DNA of 64,000 nt from an uncultured Alphaproteobacteria bacterium (GCA_902526175.1 CABZJY010000004.1:64174-128173); one strand, 5' to 3'; counted from the stretch's first letter, positions 18,307 to 29,409 are shown. Made by a program: numbers and translations. Notes: generated by a model from the letters alone, not told the origin.

Positions 18307-20034
18307 TTAAAATTTTTTATTTGTTAACCAAATACTCTGATAAGGTAATAAAGTAAAATCTCCAGATATATCTTTGACAGTTTTTTTACTTAAAATATCA
18401 TACCAACTGTTTGTTGCAATTAAGTTAATTTCAAGCAATGAAATTTTTTTCTTTTTTTTTGATAGATTACTAATACAGAAAATACTTTGGCTTCTATCCA
18501 AACTTTGTCTCCATATACCGAACAAATATATTGGGAGTTGTAATGTGAACTGTGTAGCATTAGGGTGAAAAGCAGGCTGTTTTTGTCTTAATAATATTAA
18601 TTTTGTAATTGAAGAGTAGACTTTACTATTAAGAGAATTTTTTTTTTCTAGAAGCCTTTTAATTTCCTCGAAATTCCAATTTCGTCTATTAATTGATCTA
18701 TTCGATTTAGTAAGTTTGAATTTTACGATATCATTTTTAGAACCTAATAAATTTTGAATATAAATTGCTGGAATTCCTTCCATTGAAAGTAATATTTCAT
18801 GAGCTAATAAAAAACGTTTTATATTGAAGTTATCTTTTCCTGAATACGTATTTTTTAAAGCATCTAATAATGTAGTATTGACCTCATATACGGTCTTTTT
18901 CTTTTGTGATATTCTGTATGTCAGATGTGCCCCAGAATTTTGTAAAGTACTTATAAATTTTTCTAATTCATTATTAGGTAAAATACCCTCTAATGGACGT
19001 AAGCCTATTCCATCATGTGTTGATAAAAAATTAAGATATGAATTACCAAATTGTGCTGGTGGCATACTTCTAGACCATTGCTTTAAATAAGTACTATTGC
19101 CAGATATAACTGCATGAACTAATAAGGGTGCTAAAGAAAAATTATATATACAATGCGCTTCGTTATTATTCCCAAAATAACTCAAATTTTCATGGCTTGG
19201 TATATTTGTTTCAGTTATGATTAGACAATTACCTGAATAAAACTCAACTAAAAGTCTTATAAGTCTTATTATTAGATGGGTTTCTGGTAGATTAATACAT
19301 TTTGTATCTTCTTCCTTCCAAAGAAAGGCCACAGCATCTAATCTTAAAGCTTTTGTACCTTTATCAAGATATAATTTAATAACTTCCAAAAAATAAATTA
19401 AGACTTTTGGATTCTTAAAATTAAAGTCTACTTGGTCATGACTAAATGTACACCATACAAATTCATTTTTACCGTCTACCTTTACCTTCTTTGATAACTC
19501 AGATGAGCGAGGTCTTACTACTTTTGAAAATCTACTGAAGTTTTTCTTACTTGAAATAAAAAAATCTGACCCAGGTTCAGTTTTATTTAAAAAATTTTTA
19601 AAAAGTTGATTTTCAGTTGAGCAATGATTGATCACCAAATCACTCATAATTTTAAATTTTGATGATAACTTTGAAAAATCATTCCAATTTCCATGTTCTT
19701 TTTTAATTTTTTTATAATCTTTAACAGCAAATCCATCGTCAGAAGTATATGGATAAAACGGCAGAATATGAATAAATGAAAAATTTTTACAAAATTTATT
19801 TAGAAAACTATTTAGTATCTTAAAATTATTTTGTTTTTGATCAATGATTGAATCTGCATAAGTAATTAAAAAACAGTCTTTTTCATCCCATAGTTCTTTA
19901 CTTACCTTTTTATTAGAATACCTTGAGAAAATTTTTTTTATTTCACCAGATAAAGTCTTTATCTCTTTTTGACTATAATTTTTGTATATTGAGCTAAGAT
20001 AATTTTGTAAGGTTTTTAAATTTAATTGATTCAT
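18307..20034 (-). CDS. GH13 sucrose-phosphorylase-like glycoside phosphorylase (candidate glucosylglycerate phosphorylase)
   Basis: 575 aa with FLITYADSI, ILPFYPYTSDDGFAVKDY, DLVINH and LRLDAVAFLWKE (nucleophile Asp region). The substrate is guessed from the gene neighbourhood. Confidence 0.7.
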   Translation of the reverse strand: MNQLNLKTLQNYLSSIYKNYSQKEIKTLSGEIKKIFSRYSNKKVSKELWDEKDCFLITYADSIIDQKQNNFKILNSFLNKFCKNFSFIHILPFYPYTSDDGFAVKDYKKIKKEHGNWNDFSKLSSKFKIMSDLVINHCSTENQLFKNFLNKTEPGSDFFISSKKNFSRFSKVVRPRSSELSKKVKVDGKNEFVWCTFSHDQVDFNFKNPKVLIYFLEVIKLYLDKGTKALRLDAVAFLWKEEDTKCINLPETHLIIRLIRLLVEFYSGNCLIITETNIPSHENLSYFGNNNEAHCIYNFSLAPLLVHAVISGNSTYLKQWSRSMPPAQFGNSYLNFLSTHDGIGLRPLEGILPNNELEKFISTLQNSGAHLTYRISQKKKTVYEVNTTLLDALKNTYSGKDNFNIKRFLLAHEILLSMEGIPAIYIQNLLGSKNDIVKFKLTKSNRSINRRNWNFEEIKRLLEKKNSLNSKVYSSITKLILLRQKQPAFHPNATQFTLQLPIYLFGIWRQSLDRSQSIFCISNLSKKKKKISLLEINLIATNSWYDILSKKTVKDISGDFTLLPYQSIWLTNKKF

Positions 20035-20042
20035 TGAAAAAA

Positions 20043-21257
20043 TTAAGCCTCATTATCTTTTTTAACGGTTTGTTTTAAATCTTCTAAAAAATTTGGCAAG
20101 GCTGTATCTACCCTACTCCATGTTGGTATATTCGGTGACTCCATAGGTGAATCTAAAAATGTTTGGCCCGCTATCATAATATTTTTAGCAAACAATTCAA
20201 CTGCTGTTTCCTCTTCATGTACATCAATTTCAAAGTTATTCATTAATGCGTCTTTTTTATAAATTTGAACAAAATCAAGTGCTTCCCTGTAATATGTTGC
20301 TTTAAGTGATCTAAAAATTGACATTGAAAAAGTCTCACCTTGAGAGGCTAACTTTCTTATAATTGCCTTAATGATGTCAATTGACATTTTTGAAAGACCC
20401 TTTGAAGTATTTGTCAATGAGATATCCTGGTGTTTATGATCATAGTTATCAGCTATATCAACTTGGCATAATCTGTTACCGGCATAGTTTCTATACATTT
20501 CTGAAAGAACTCCAATTTCTAAACCCCAATCATACGGTATTCTTATATCTTTCAACACTCTCCTTCTAAAAGAAAACTCACCGGCTAATGGATACCTAAA
20601 AGAATCGATAAAAGAAATATATTCTTTAAAACCAATAGTTTTTTCTAATGCTCTTAAAATTGGGGTAACTAGAAGTCTTGCAACTCTTCCTCTAACTTTT
20701 GTTTTTGAAACTCTAGGATAATAACCTTTGCAAAAATCAAAATTAAATTTTGGATTTGCTACTGGATAAACTAGTCTAGCAAGAAGATTTTTATTGTAAG
20801 TAATTATATCACAGTCATGTAATGCTATTGCTTCTGAATCACCAAGAGAAAGAATATAACCCATACAATACCAAACATTTCTACCCTTACCCATTTCTTG
20901 CGGGGCTAAGTTTTGCGACTCCAATTGCGAATTTAGTTTTTTTAGTCCTGGTCCGTCATTCCATAGTATTTCATGTTTTTGTGGAAGTTTAGAGAAAAAT
21001 TCCTTTGCATTTATAAATTCTTTTTTATTTGCTTGATCTAAACCAATAACAATATTCTTTAAAAATTTTACTTTAGATATTTCATCTATAATTTTTGGAA
21101 GAGCATTACCTTTAAGTTCAGTATACAAGGAGGGCAAAATTAAAGTAATAGGTCTATATTTACAAAAATCTACTAATTCCTTTTCTAAATCTTCAAAAGA
21201 TCTATTAGAAAAATTATGTAATGTAGCAACAATACCATTTTGATAGAAATCAGAAAT
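20043..21257 (-). CDS. gpgS: glucosyl-3-phosphoglycerate synthase-like GT-A glycosyltransferase (GpgS/MpgS family), proposed ATT start
   Basis: GT-A core with GKGRNVW .. ALHDCDI. The frame is open 43 codons upstream of the ORF-track TTG (21137) with no ATG/GTG/TTG. ATT at 21257-21255 lies 6 nt after AAGGAG (21269-21264). Confidence 0.65.
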   Translation of the reverse strand: MSDFYQNGIVATLHNFSNRSFEDLEKELVDFCKYRPITLILPSLYTELKGNALPKIIDEISKVKFLKNIVIGLDQANKKEFINAKEFFSKLPQKHEILWNDGPGLKKLNSQLESQNLAPQEMGKGRNVWYCMGYILSLGDSEAIALHDCDIITYNKNLLARLVYPVANPKFNFDFCKGYYPRVSKTKVRGRVARLLVTPILRALEKTIGFKEYISFIDSFRYPLAGEFSFRRRVLKDIRIPYDWGLEIGVLSEMYRNYAGNRLCQVDIADNYDHKHQDISLTNTSKGLSKMSIDIIKAIIRKLASQGETFSMSIFRSLKATYYREALDFVQIYKKDALMNNFEIDVHEEETAVELFAKNIMIAGQTFLDSPMESPNIPTWSRVDTALPNFLEDLKQTVKKDNEA

Positions 21258-22071
21258 ATTTTTCTCCTTTCAAAATATTTTCTATTGACTCTTTCCAACC
21301 TTCAGGAGCTGGTAATTTACTTCTAAAAATATTTTTATTTTTTAACGTTAAGTTTGTATTCTTTTTAGATTTTATGATACATGCGTAATCTGTAAGTTCA
21401 AGCATAGGGATATCATTTTCGCTATCACCAAGTGAAATCGATAAATAACGAGAGTCTATTATGTTTTTAATTTTAAAAAACTTTTTTAGTGCTACACCTT
21501 TGTTGTAATTATCTAAGATGTGTAAAAACCTCCCACCATCTAAAACTTCAAGTTTTTTATTTTGCTTTTTGACTTCATTAATAAACTCACTTCTTTTTTT
21601 TTCAGTATCTTCCCAATAGATTGGGTTAGAAAACTTTCTTAATTTACTCAAACTTATATCACTATCTTTAAGATTGGTAATTTTACCAATTTTTTTATTT
21701 GATAAATTATCGTAAAAACTAAATTTATATTTATTTTTTAAAAAGTTAAATTTTTCCTTAATTTTATTTGAATCAAATCTAGTTAATGGAAAACCAATAT
21801 GATTTTTATATTTAATAAATTTATACATCATTTCTTTTCCTTCAAAATATTTTAATGGAAAAAAAATACATGCTCCGTTTTCTGCAATAAATGGGAAATT
21901 AATATTTAAGTATTTATTGATTTGAGTTATTTCTTCATAGGTTTTACTTGAAACAAATATAATCTCAAAACTTGTGTCTAACTTGTTAATAAATTTCTTT
22001 AAAGTTCCAAATGAGTATGTTTTACGGTTTAAAAAAGTTCCATCCAAGTCTGAAAAAATTAAAAACTTCAT
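21250..22071 (-). CDS. HAD-IIB phosphatase, mannosyl/glucosyl-3-phosphoglycerate phosphatase family
   Basis: The DLDGTF nucleophile motif and GDSENDIPML motif are present. 273 aa, the size of YedP/MpgP-type enzymes. Confidence 0.75.
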   Translation of the reverse strand: MKFLIFSDLDGTFLNRKTYSFGTLKKFINKLDTSFEIIFVSSKTYEEITQINKYLNINFPFIAENGACIFFPLKYFEGKEMMYKFIKYKNHIGFPLTRFDSNKIKEKFNFLKNKYKFSFYDNLSNKKIGKITNLKDSDISLSKLRKFSNPIYWEDTEKKRSEFINEVKKQNKKLEVLDGGRFLHILDNYNKGVALKKFFKIKNIIDSRYLSISLGDSENDIPMLELTDYACIIKSKKNTNLTLKNKNIFRSKLPAPEGWKESIENILKGEKYF

Positions 22072-22226
22072 TGTATTTAATCTTATATTTGATTTTTATT
22101 ATTTCAATCTTTTTGAATTATTATCTAAATTAAAAGTTAAATTAAAAATTATTGAATTTGTAAATGCATTTTAACTTTGCAATAATTTATGTTGAAAAAA
22201 TTATTAATTAGATAGAAGATATAATT

Positions 22227-23060
22227 GTGAAAGATAACATAAAAAAATTTAACTTATCTGATGGCACCTATATCAGATATAAAGTCTTTGGAAAAGGAAA
22301 GCCGTTAATTCTGTTTCATACTTTTAGAAATAGGTTAGAATATTCAGAAAATGTTGCTGAATTTTTAAAAAATAAATTTACTATATATCTTATTGATCTT
22401 CCAGGTTTCGGCGATTCTCCTATTAATAGAAATACAAATTATAATCAGGATTTTTTTACTAACTCAATAGTACAATTTATTAAAAGTTTTAAAATTAAGG
22501 AAATAACTCTTGCTGGTGAATCGATTGGTGGTGTGCTTCCTGCTACAGTAACGGTTAAAATACCAAAACTTATCAAAAAAATTTTTTTATTTAATCCTTA
22601 TGATTATGATACTTATTTTGGTGAGGGCATCGGCAGAGGTAACTTTTTTGCGAAATTTATTATGTTTCATATTGGTCTACCAATAATTGGAAATTTATTT
22701 TCACGTTTAGAAAACAAAATAATACTCAAAAATGTTATGAAAGGTGGATTTGTCAATAGTAAGAATTTTTCTATTGAATATTTAAACTTACTTTCCTCAT
22801 CAACAAAAAAAAAAAACTATGTTTACCATTTTAGAAATGTTTTATCAAATTTCAAAAGTTGGGCTGAAGCCAAAAGCATTTATCACAAAATACGTATACC
22901 TGTTAAATTAATTTACGGTAGTGATGACTGGGCCAATGAAACTGATAGAGTAAATTCCCAAAAATTTTTAGGATTAAAAAAATTTGAAATAATTGATAAT
23001 TGTGGTCATTTCTCATTTCTAGAAAACCCAAAAAAAGTTTCTGAAATTATATTAAAATAA
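22227..23060 (+). CDS. alpha/beta-fold hydrolase
   Basis: GTG start, nucleophile elbow GESIGG, C-terminal His region NCGHFSFLE. Confidence 0.8.
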   Translation: MKDNIKKFNLSDGTYIRYKVFGKGKPLILFHTFRNRLEYSENVAEFLKNKFTIYLIDLPGFGDSPINRNTNYNQDFFTNSIVQFIKSFKIKEITLAGESIGGVLPATVTVKIPKLIKKIFLFNPYDYDTYFGEGIGRGNFFAKFIMFHIGLPIIGNLFSRLENKIILKNVMKGGFVNSKNFSIEYLNLLSSSTKKKNYVYHFRNVLSNFKSWAEAKSIYHKIRIPVKLIYGSDDWANETDRVNSQKFLGLKKFEIIDNCGHFSFLENPKKVSEIILK

Positions 23061-23090
23061 ATTCTTGTATTTTTTTTTTTTAAATAACAT

Positions 23091-23603
23091 ATGATTTTTA
23101 TGCGTATCGTATTTTTTACCTCTATACTTGTGTTTGCTTTTGATCTTAATTCAAAATGTAAATTTAAAAATGTAACAACAAGTAATGAAGTTAAATACAC
23201 AATACAAAAATCAATTAATGTAAATGACCAAGAAGGACATGTAATAAGGATCTTCAAAACTGAAACCTCTCACCTAAATCCTAAAAAAAATTGTGAAGGA
23301 TTAAAACTAATAAAAACTGATTTCTTCGGCATTAGCGATTATATAAAAAAAAATGGTAAAGTTACAGGTTATTCAATAGGAACTTATGATAATGGAAGTA
23401 AAATTTTCTCTAAAGTTAACGGTATTGCACATACACCAGAAGATCTTACAAAAAATGGTATAGTTAATACAACTATCTCAATAACAGGAGGCTCAGGTGT
23501 TTACAAAGGTGTAAATGGCTATGGTAGAGGAACAGTTGAATTTAACCCTGAAACCGGATACTCATCTGGTTCGACTGAAATTTTTTACTCTATAGCGAAA
23601 TAA
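23091..23603 (+). CDS. secreted hypothetical protein
   Basis: Signal peptide. The C-terminal ITGGSGVYKGVNGYG pattern is reminiscent of dirigent/AOC-barrel-like proteins (weak). Confidence 0.45.
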   Translation: MIFMRIVFFTSILVFAFDLNSKCKFKNVTTSNEVKYTIQKSINVNDQEGHVIRIFKTETSHLNPKKNCEGLKLIKTDFFGISDYIKKNGKVTGYSIGTYDNGSKIFSKVNGIAHTPEDLTKNGIVNTTISITGGSGVYKGVNGYGRGTVEFNPETGYSSGSTEIFYSIAK

Positions 23604-23666
23604 ATAATATGAATTTATAAATTTTTTTAACAATTAATTCTATATTATCGAATGAAAATTTATTCT

Positions 23667-25100
23667 TTACCTCTTCATACTCGCATGTTTCAAAACAATA
23701 CCTTTTGAAATTTCCTTTGCTTCGGGCTTTTTTCTTACTGACCAAATCATTTCTCTAGCTAACTTTGATCTAGATTTATTATCAATTATCGGTTCATAGT
23801 AGTTTTTATTTAATTTAAAATTATATTCCTTTTCTTCTATAAAATTTATCTCCCAAGGCTCATGAATAAGATTTACTGGTAAATTTTTTAACTCAGGAAC
23901 CCATCTTTTTATAAAAATACCATTTGGATCCTGATCGTATGATTGTTTTACTACATTATACATACGAATAGTATTTATTCCAGTTGTACCAGACTGCATT
24001 TGTATTTGCGGATAATGAATTCCCGGTTCATAGTCTATGAATTTTTTTGCTAAAAACTTCGAAGTTATTTTCCAATCTAACCACAATTGATAAGATGCAA
24101 ATGATATAACCATCGCACGCATTCTAAAATTTAACCAACCTTTTATATTTAAAAATCTCATACAAGCGTCTAGAAAAGGGAACCCTGTGGTTCCATTTTT
24201 CCATCTTGCATAATAGTCATAGTTGAAACTATTTTCTCTTAATCCGTTATAAAGTGGATGTAGATTTTCATATTCAATCCTTGGTTCGTCATATAATTTT
24301 TGAATAAAATGACAATGCCATGCTAATCTTTTCTTAAAAGAATTTATAGAACTGTTTTCAAGTATATTTCTATTCTCATATTTACTAATATTTCTCAGTA
24401 TTGACTTAATAGTAATTGTCCCAAAGGTAATATGTGGACTAAGTCTCGAACAAGAATTTTCAGCAGTCAAAGGACTGGACATTTTTTTAGAGTAGTTTTT
24501 ATGTCTTGTATTTAAAAATGATTCTAGATTTAAAAAGGCCCTACTTTCCCCTCCTCTTTGACAACTTGAAATAGAAGAGGTTGATTTTATTATCTGTGTA
24601 TCATCACTCAAGAAATTTTTACTTTCAATTTTCGGGCTTATTGGATTAGTAACAAACTTATGCCAATCCAAAGACCATTTTCCTCTTACTCTTTTATCTA
24701 GCTGAATACCAAACTGATTTTTTTGATGCCAAGTCACACCTCTTTCCATTAAAAATGAATTAATGTCTCTATCTAAATTATTAAAATATTTTCCTTTAAA
24801 TATCTTGTTTGAATAAACATTGTCAATTTTATGTTTTTTTATTAGATGATCTAATATTTCAATAGTTTTTCCTTTGTAGCAATTTATTGAAGTATTATAA
24901 TTTTTTTTTAAATTATTATTTAAATCAATCAAAGAATCATTTATGAAACTTAAATGAAAATTACTTGTGGTCTCAAGTTTTAAAAAACCATTATCAAAGA
25001 TGAAAATTGGCAGACAATTTTGGTTTTCTAATGCTGCAAAAAAAGCTTCATTATCTTTTATTCTTAGATCATATCTAAACCACATCAATGAATTTGTCAT
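23667..25100 (-). CDS. photolyase/cryptochrome-family FAD-binding protein
   Basis: N-terminal photolyase fold ([11 protein letters not shown]). The C-terminal block [27 protein letters not shown] parallels the FAD-binding domain of photolyases. Confidence 0.8.
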   Translation of the reverse strand: MTNSLMWFRYDLRIKDNEAFFAALENQNCLPIFIFDNGFLKLETTSNFHLSFINDSLIDLNNNLKKNYNTSINCYKGKTIEILDHLIKKHKIDNVYSNKIFKGKYFNNLDRDINSFLMERGVTWHQKNQFGIQLDKRVRGKWSLDWHKFVTNPISPKIESKNFLSDDTQIIKSTSSISSCQRGGESRAFLNLESFLNTRHKNYSKKMSSPLTAENSCSRLSPHITFGTITIKSILRNISKYENRNILENSSINSFKKRLAWHCHFIQKLYDEPRIEYENLHPLYNGLRENSFNYDYYARWKNGTTGFPFLDACMRFLNIKGWLNFRMRAMVISFASYQLWLDWKITSKFLAKKFIDYEPGIHYPQIQMQSGTTGINTIRMYNVVKQSYDQDPNGIFIKRWVPELKNLPVNLIHEPWEINFIEEKEYNFKLNKNYYEPIIDNKSRSKLAREMIWSVRKKPEAKEISKGIVLKHASMKR

Positions 25101-25261
25101 GTTATTGATTTTTTTATTTTAAAAAAAAATTCAATAAAAATATTGTGCAATCTTTTTACAGAATAAAAACATAAAGATAGATCTGTATGTATTTATTTTG
25201 CTCGACTGATTAGCACCTACTAAAATTTAAGTCCTCACTTAGATTCGAAAATATTTAGGTT

Positions 25262-25993
25262 TTACCAAGGTAAAACATCATTCTCATGAAAGAGACCGCC
25301 ACTAGGTCCATCTTGATCTAATGTAGCTAGACGTAGCGATGTTTTATAACTATCTTCAACGTCCATTGGAGCTTTAGGACCTCCTAATTCTGTTTTAACC
25401 CAACCTGGATGACCTGAATTGACTTTGATGTTTGTATCTTTTAATTCAAGTGCTAAATGAATTGTAAAGGCATTTAGCGCAGTTTTGGATGCATTATATG
25501 CTAATTCCTTTGCTGGAGAAATAGGTGAATCTTTAGCAGAATGTAAAGTTAATGAACTTAAAATAGTTGAGACATTAACAATTCTCCCAGCATCAGATTT
25601 TTTTATTAATGGGAGTAATTTTTGAGTAAGAGAAATTACAGAGAAAAAATTTGTTTGGAAGGTCTCTTTTAAATCTTTATCACTAACTGTAGAACTGTTA
25701 ACAACAAAAATATCACCTGTCAGAAGCACGCCAGCATTGTTAATTAATATGTCTAATTTTTTATATTTGTCTGAAATGTAGTCAAAAACTTTTTGGGGGG
25801 CATTTTCATCAAAAGCATCATATTGGGTTAAGTCAGTTTCAATCCCAATTGATCTTAATTTTTTGACTGCTTCTTCTCCTTTCTCCAAATCTCTTGACCC
25901 TAGAACAACTTTTACACCTGTCTGAGCTAATTTTTTTGCAGTTTCAAATCCAATACCTCTATTTGCCCCACTTATAAATGCAACCTTTTCCAT
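25262..25993 (-). CDS. short-chain dehydrogenase/reductase
   Basis: SGANRGIG cofactor motif, NNAG, and a YNASK catalytic motif. Confidence 0.9.
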   Translation of the reverse strand: MEKVAFISGANRGIGFETAKKLAQTGVKVVLGSRDLEKGEEAVKKLRSIGIETDLTQYDAFDENAPQKVFDYISDKYKKLDILINNAGVLLTGDIFVVNSSTVSDKDLKETFQTNFFSVISLTQKLLPLIKKSDAGRIVNVSTILSSLTLHSAKDSPISPAKELAYNASKTALNAFTIHLALELKDTNIKVNSGHPGWVKTELGGPKAPMDVEDSYKTSLRLATLDQDGPSGGLFHENDVLPW

Positions 25994-26152
25994 TATAATA
26001 ACTCCTTTTAAATTTTAAGTTTATATTTTAAACATTAAAATAAATATAAATATTTGTCAGCTTGATTTATAATCTAACGCAGTATTCTAAAAAAAATTTT
26101 AACATTCATTTTAAAATATAAGATTGAAACATGGTCTGATGCAAACTAGAAA

Positions 26153-26230
26153 TGGGGTGGCTGAGGGGATTTGAACCCCCGGCCTCCGGTACCACAAACC
26201 AGCGCTCTAACCAACTGAGCTACAGCCACC
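26153..26230 (-). tRNA. tRNA-His (anticodon GTG)
   Basis: Hand-folded cloverleaf. Acceptor GTGGCTG/CAGCCAC with an extra G-1 opposite C73, anticodon loop TTGTGGT, T-loop TTCAAAT, encoded CCA. Confidence 0.9.
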
Positions 26231-26319
26231 ATACTATTGACTAAAATAAACTAAAAAAAAAAATCTTCTATAATTTTTTTCAAATTTGCATATTTAATTA
26301 ATTACATTATATTCTTCTC

Positions 26320-27489
26320 ATGGATGGACTTAATAAATCAATGTTCCAAATCGGAAGTGATACAGCTTTTGCAGTTTTATCAAGATCTAACGAGTTGAGC
26401 CAGCTAGGTAATGAAGTTATTAATCTCGGTATAGGTCAACCTGATTTCAATACTCCACAAAATATTGTTGAAGCTGGTATCAAAGCACTTAAAGATGGAC
26501 ACCATGGCTATAGTGCTTCAAATGGAATTTTGGAACTCAGAGAAAGTGTGTGTGAATACTATTCTAATCAAGGAATTAATGTTGATCCGGGACAAGTACT
26601 TATAACACCTGGAGCAAAGGCTATAATCTTTTATACTTTACTTATGTTTGGTCAACCAGATGCTGAAATTATTGTACCAAATCCTGGTTTCATTGCCTAT
26701 AAGTCAATGGTAGACTATACAGGTGCAAAGATAATTAGCCTTCCACATCAAATGCAAAATAACTTTTCATTTGATGCAGAAGAATTACTTTCTCTCATAA
26801 CACCTAAAACTAGATTAATAATATTTAATTCTCCAGGTAATCCTACTGGAGGAGTAGTTCGAGAAAATGAATTTAAAAAACTAGTAAAAGGTTTAGAAAA
26901 TTATCCAAACTTGTACATTCTTTCAGATGAAATTTATGAAAGAATAATTTTTAATAATCAAAAACACATTAGTTTGCTTTCATATCCGGAAATTAAAGAT
27001 CAAGTAATTTTGCTTAATGGCTGGTCCAAGACGTATTCAATGACTGGTTGGAGACTTGGTTATGGAATATATCCAAAGAAAATATTCTCTTTTGCTGAGA
27101 AACTTGCGATAAATTGTCATTCTTGTGTTAGTAATGTTTCTCAATATGCAGGCATTGAAGCGCTGAGGGGATCGCAGTTATTTGTTACTAATATGGTAAA
27201 GGAATTTGAGGATAGAAAAAACTTTCTGGTAGAAGAACTTAATAAGATTAAAAATATTGAGTGTATTGATCCAGGAGGAGCATTTTATGTTTTTCCTAAA
27301 ATAACAAAAAAAGGATTGTCTTCTAAACAAATTTCGAATGACTTACTTGAAAAGAAATTTTTAGCTACGGTTCCTGGTTCATCTTTTGGAACTTTAGGTG
27401 AAGGGTTTATTAGATTATCATACGCAAATAAAATGCATAATTTAGAAAAATCAATTCTTTTAATAAAAGATTATTTGAATGAAAATTAA
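26320..27489 (+). CDS. class I/II pyridoxal-phosphate aminotransferase (aspartate aminotransferase-like)
   Basis: 389 aa with NPGNPTG and a SKTYSMTGWRLGY PLP-lysine region. Confidence 0.85.
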   Translation: MDGLNKSMFQIGSDTAFAVLSRSNELSQLGNEVINLGIGQPDFNTPQNIVEAGIKALKDGHHGYSASNGILELRESVCEYYSNQGINVDPGQVLITPGAKAIIFYTLLMFGQPDAEIIVPNPGFIAYKSMVDYTGAKIISLPHQMQNNFSFDAEELLSLITPKTRLIIFNSPGNPTGGVVRENEFKKLVKGLENYPNLYILSDEIYERIIFNNQKHISLLSYPEIKDQVILLNGWSKTYSMTGWRLGYGIYPKKIFSFAEKLAINCHSCVSNVSQYAGIEALRGSQLFVTNMVKEFEDRKNFLVEELNKIKNIECIDPGGAFYVFPKITKKGLSSKQISNDLLEKKFLATVPGSSFGTLGEGFIRLSYANKMHNLEKSILLIKDYLNEN

Positions 27490-27521
27490 TTTTGGTCAAA
27501 ATTTAATCAAATTTTGTTTAA

Positions 27522-27980
<459 letters not shown>

Positions 27981-28001
27981 CATAAAGAAAGGGAGATTAA
28001 A

Positions 28002-29408
28002 ATGTCTGTAAAAAATGTAATGAAGCTTATTAAAGAAAAAGAGGTAAAGTTTGTAGATTTAAGATTTACTGACACCAAAGGTAAATGGCAACATACTGCC
28101 CAGACCGTTTCAACAATAGATGAAAGTACGTTTAAAGACGGAATAATGTTTGATGGATCATCAATTGCTGGATGGAAAGATATTAATGAAGCAGATATGA
28201 TTTTAAAACCAGATCCATCTACTGCTGTTATGGATCCATTTACAGCACAACCTCAACTTATATTATTTTGTGATGTTATCGAGCCGGCTGATGGTAAACC
28301 GTATGAGCTTGATCCTCGAAGCACAGGAAAAAAAGCTGAAGAATATCTAAAAAAGTCAGGAATAGGTGATAAGTGTTTTTTCGGGCCTGAAGCAGAGTTT
28401 TTTATTTTTGATGATGTAAAATGGGCAACCGATCAAGAATATACTTTTTTTAGTATTGATTCAGAAGAGGGAGCATATAATACAGGTTCTGAAATGGATG
28501 GTGGAAATATGGGACATAGACCAAAAGACAAAGGTGGTTATTTTCCAGTCCCACCAGTAGATTCAGCAACAGATATAAGGGCAGAAATGGTATCAACTAT
28601 GATGGAGATGGGTCTTGATATGGAAAAACACCATCATGAAGTTGCTCCTTCTCAACATGAACTTGGAATGAAGTTTGGCTCACTGATTGAAAGTGCTGAT
28701 AATCTTCAAAAATATAAATACTGTGCACATATGGTTGCACAAGCCTACGGAAAAACAGCTACATTTATGCCTAAACCAGTATATAATGATAATGGATCAG
28801 GTATGCACGTACACCAGTCAGTCTGGAAAAATAATAAATCAGTATTTTCTGGAAATGGATACAATGGACTCTCCGATGAGTGTTTGTTTTACATAGGTGG
28901 TATTATTAAACATGCAAAAGCCATTAATGCTTTTTCTAATGCTACTACAAATAGTTATAAAAGACTTATACCAGGATTTGAAGCACCAGTTCTTTTAGCT
29001 TATTCTTTTAGGAATAGATCAGCGGCATGCAGAGTACCTTATGTTAGTAGTCCCAAAGCAGCAAGATTTGAAGTAAGATTTGGGGATGCTTCAGGTAATC
29101 CATATTTCACTTTTGCTTCAATGTTAATGGCAGGGATTGATGGAATAAAAAATAAAATTCACCCTGGAGAAGCTATGGATAAAGATTTGTATGCTTTATC
29201 TGAAAAAGAACTTAAAGGAGTACCTACAGTGTGTGGTTCTCTGAGAGAGGCACTCGATTCATTGGATAAAGATAGAGACTTCTTGAAGGCTGGTAATGTT
29301 TTTACTGACAATTTGATTGACGCATATATTGGTCTTAAGATGGAAGAAGTATTACAATTAGAGCATACGCCTCATCCTGTAGAGTTTAAAATGTATTATT
29401 CAGTATAA
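28002..29408 (+). CDS. glnA: glutamine synthetase type I
   Basis: 468 aa with FDGSSI, GPEAEFF, KPVYNDNGSGMHVH and the adenylylation-loop Tyr context KDLYAL. A GGGAG Shine-Dalgarno sequence lies upstream. Confidence 0.95.
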   Translation: MSVKNVMKLIKEKEVKFVDLRFTDTKGKWQHTAQTVSTIDESTFKDGIMFDGSSIAGWKDINEADMILKPDPSTAVMDPFTAQPQLILFCDVIEPADGKPYELDPRSTGKKAEEYLKKSGIGDKCFFGPEAEFFIFDDVKWATDQEYTFFSIDSEEGAYNTGSEMDGGNMGHRPKDKGGYFPVPPVDSATDIRAEMVSTMMEMGLDMEKHHHEVAPSQHELGMKFGSLIESADNLQKYKYCAHMVAQAYGKTATFMPKPVYNDNGSGMHVHQSVWKNNKSVFSGNGYNGLSDECLFYIGGIIKHAKAINAFSNATTNSYKRLIPGFEAPVLLAYSFRNRSAACRVPYVSSPKAARFEVRFGDASGNPYFTFASMLMAGIDGIKNKIHPGEAMDKDLYALSEKELKGVPTVCGSLREALDSLDKDRDFLKAGNVFTDNLIDAYIGLKMEEVLQLEHTPHPVEFKMYYSV

Positions 29409-29409
29409 T

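Noticed and set aside
25101-25261. Slightly GC-richer stretch (gctcgactgattagcacc..gattcgaa), considered as a tRNA fragment or small RNA.
   Set aside because: I could not fold a cloverleaf or any convincing stem, and the apparent inverted repeat does not pair when checked base by base.
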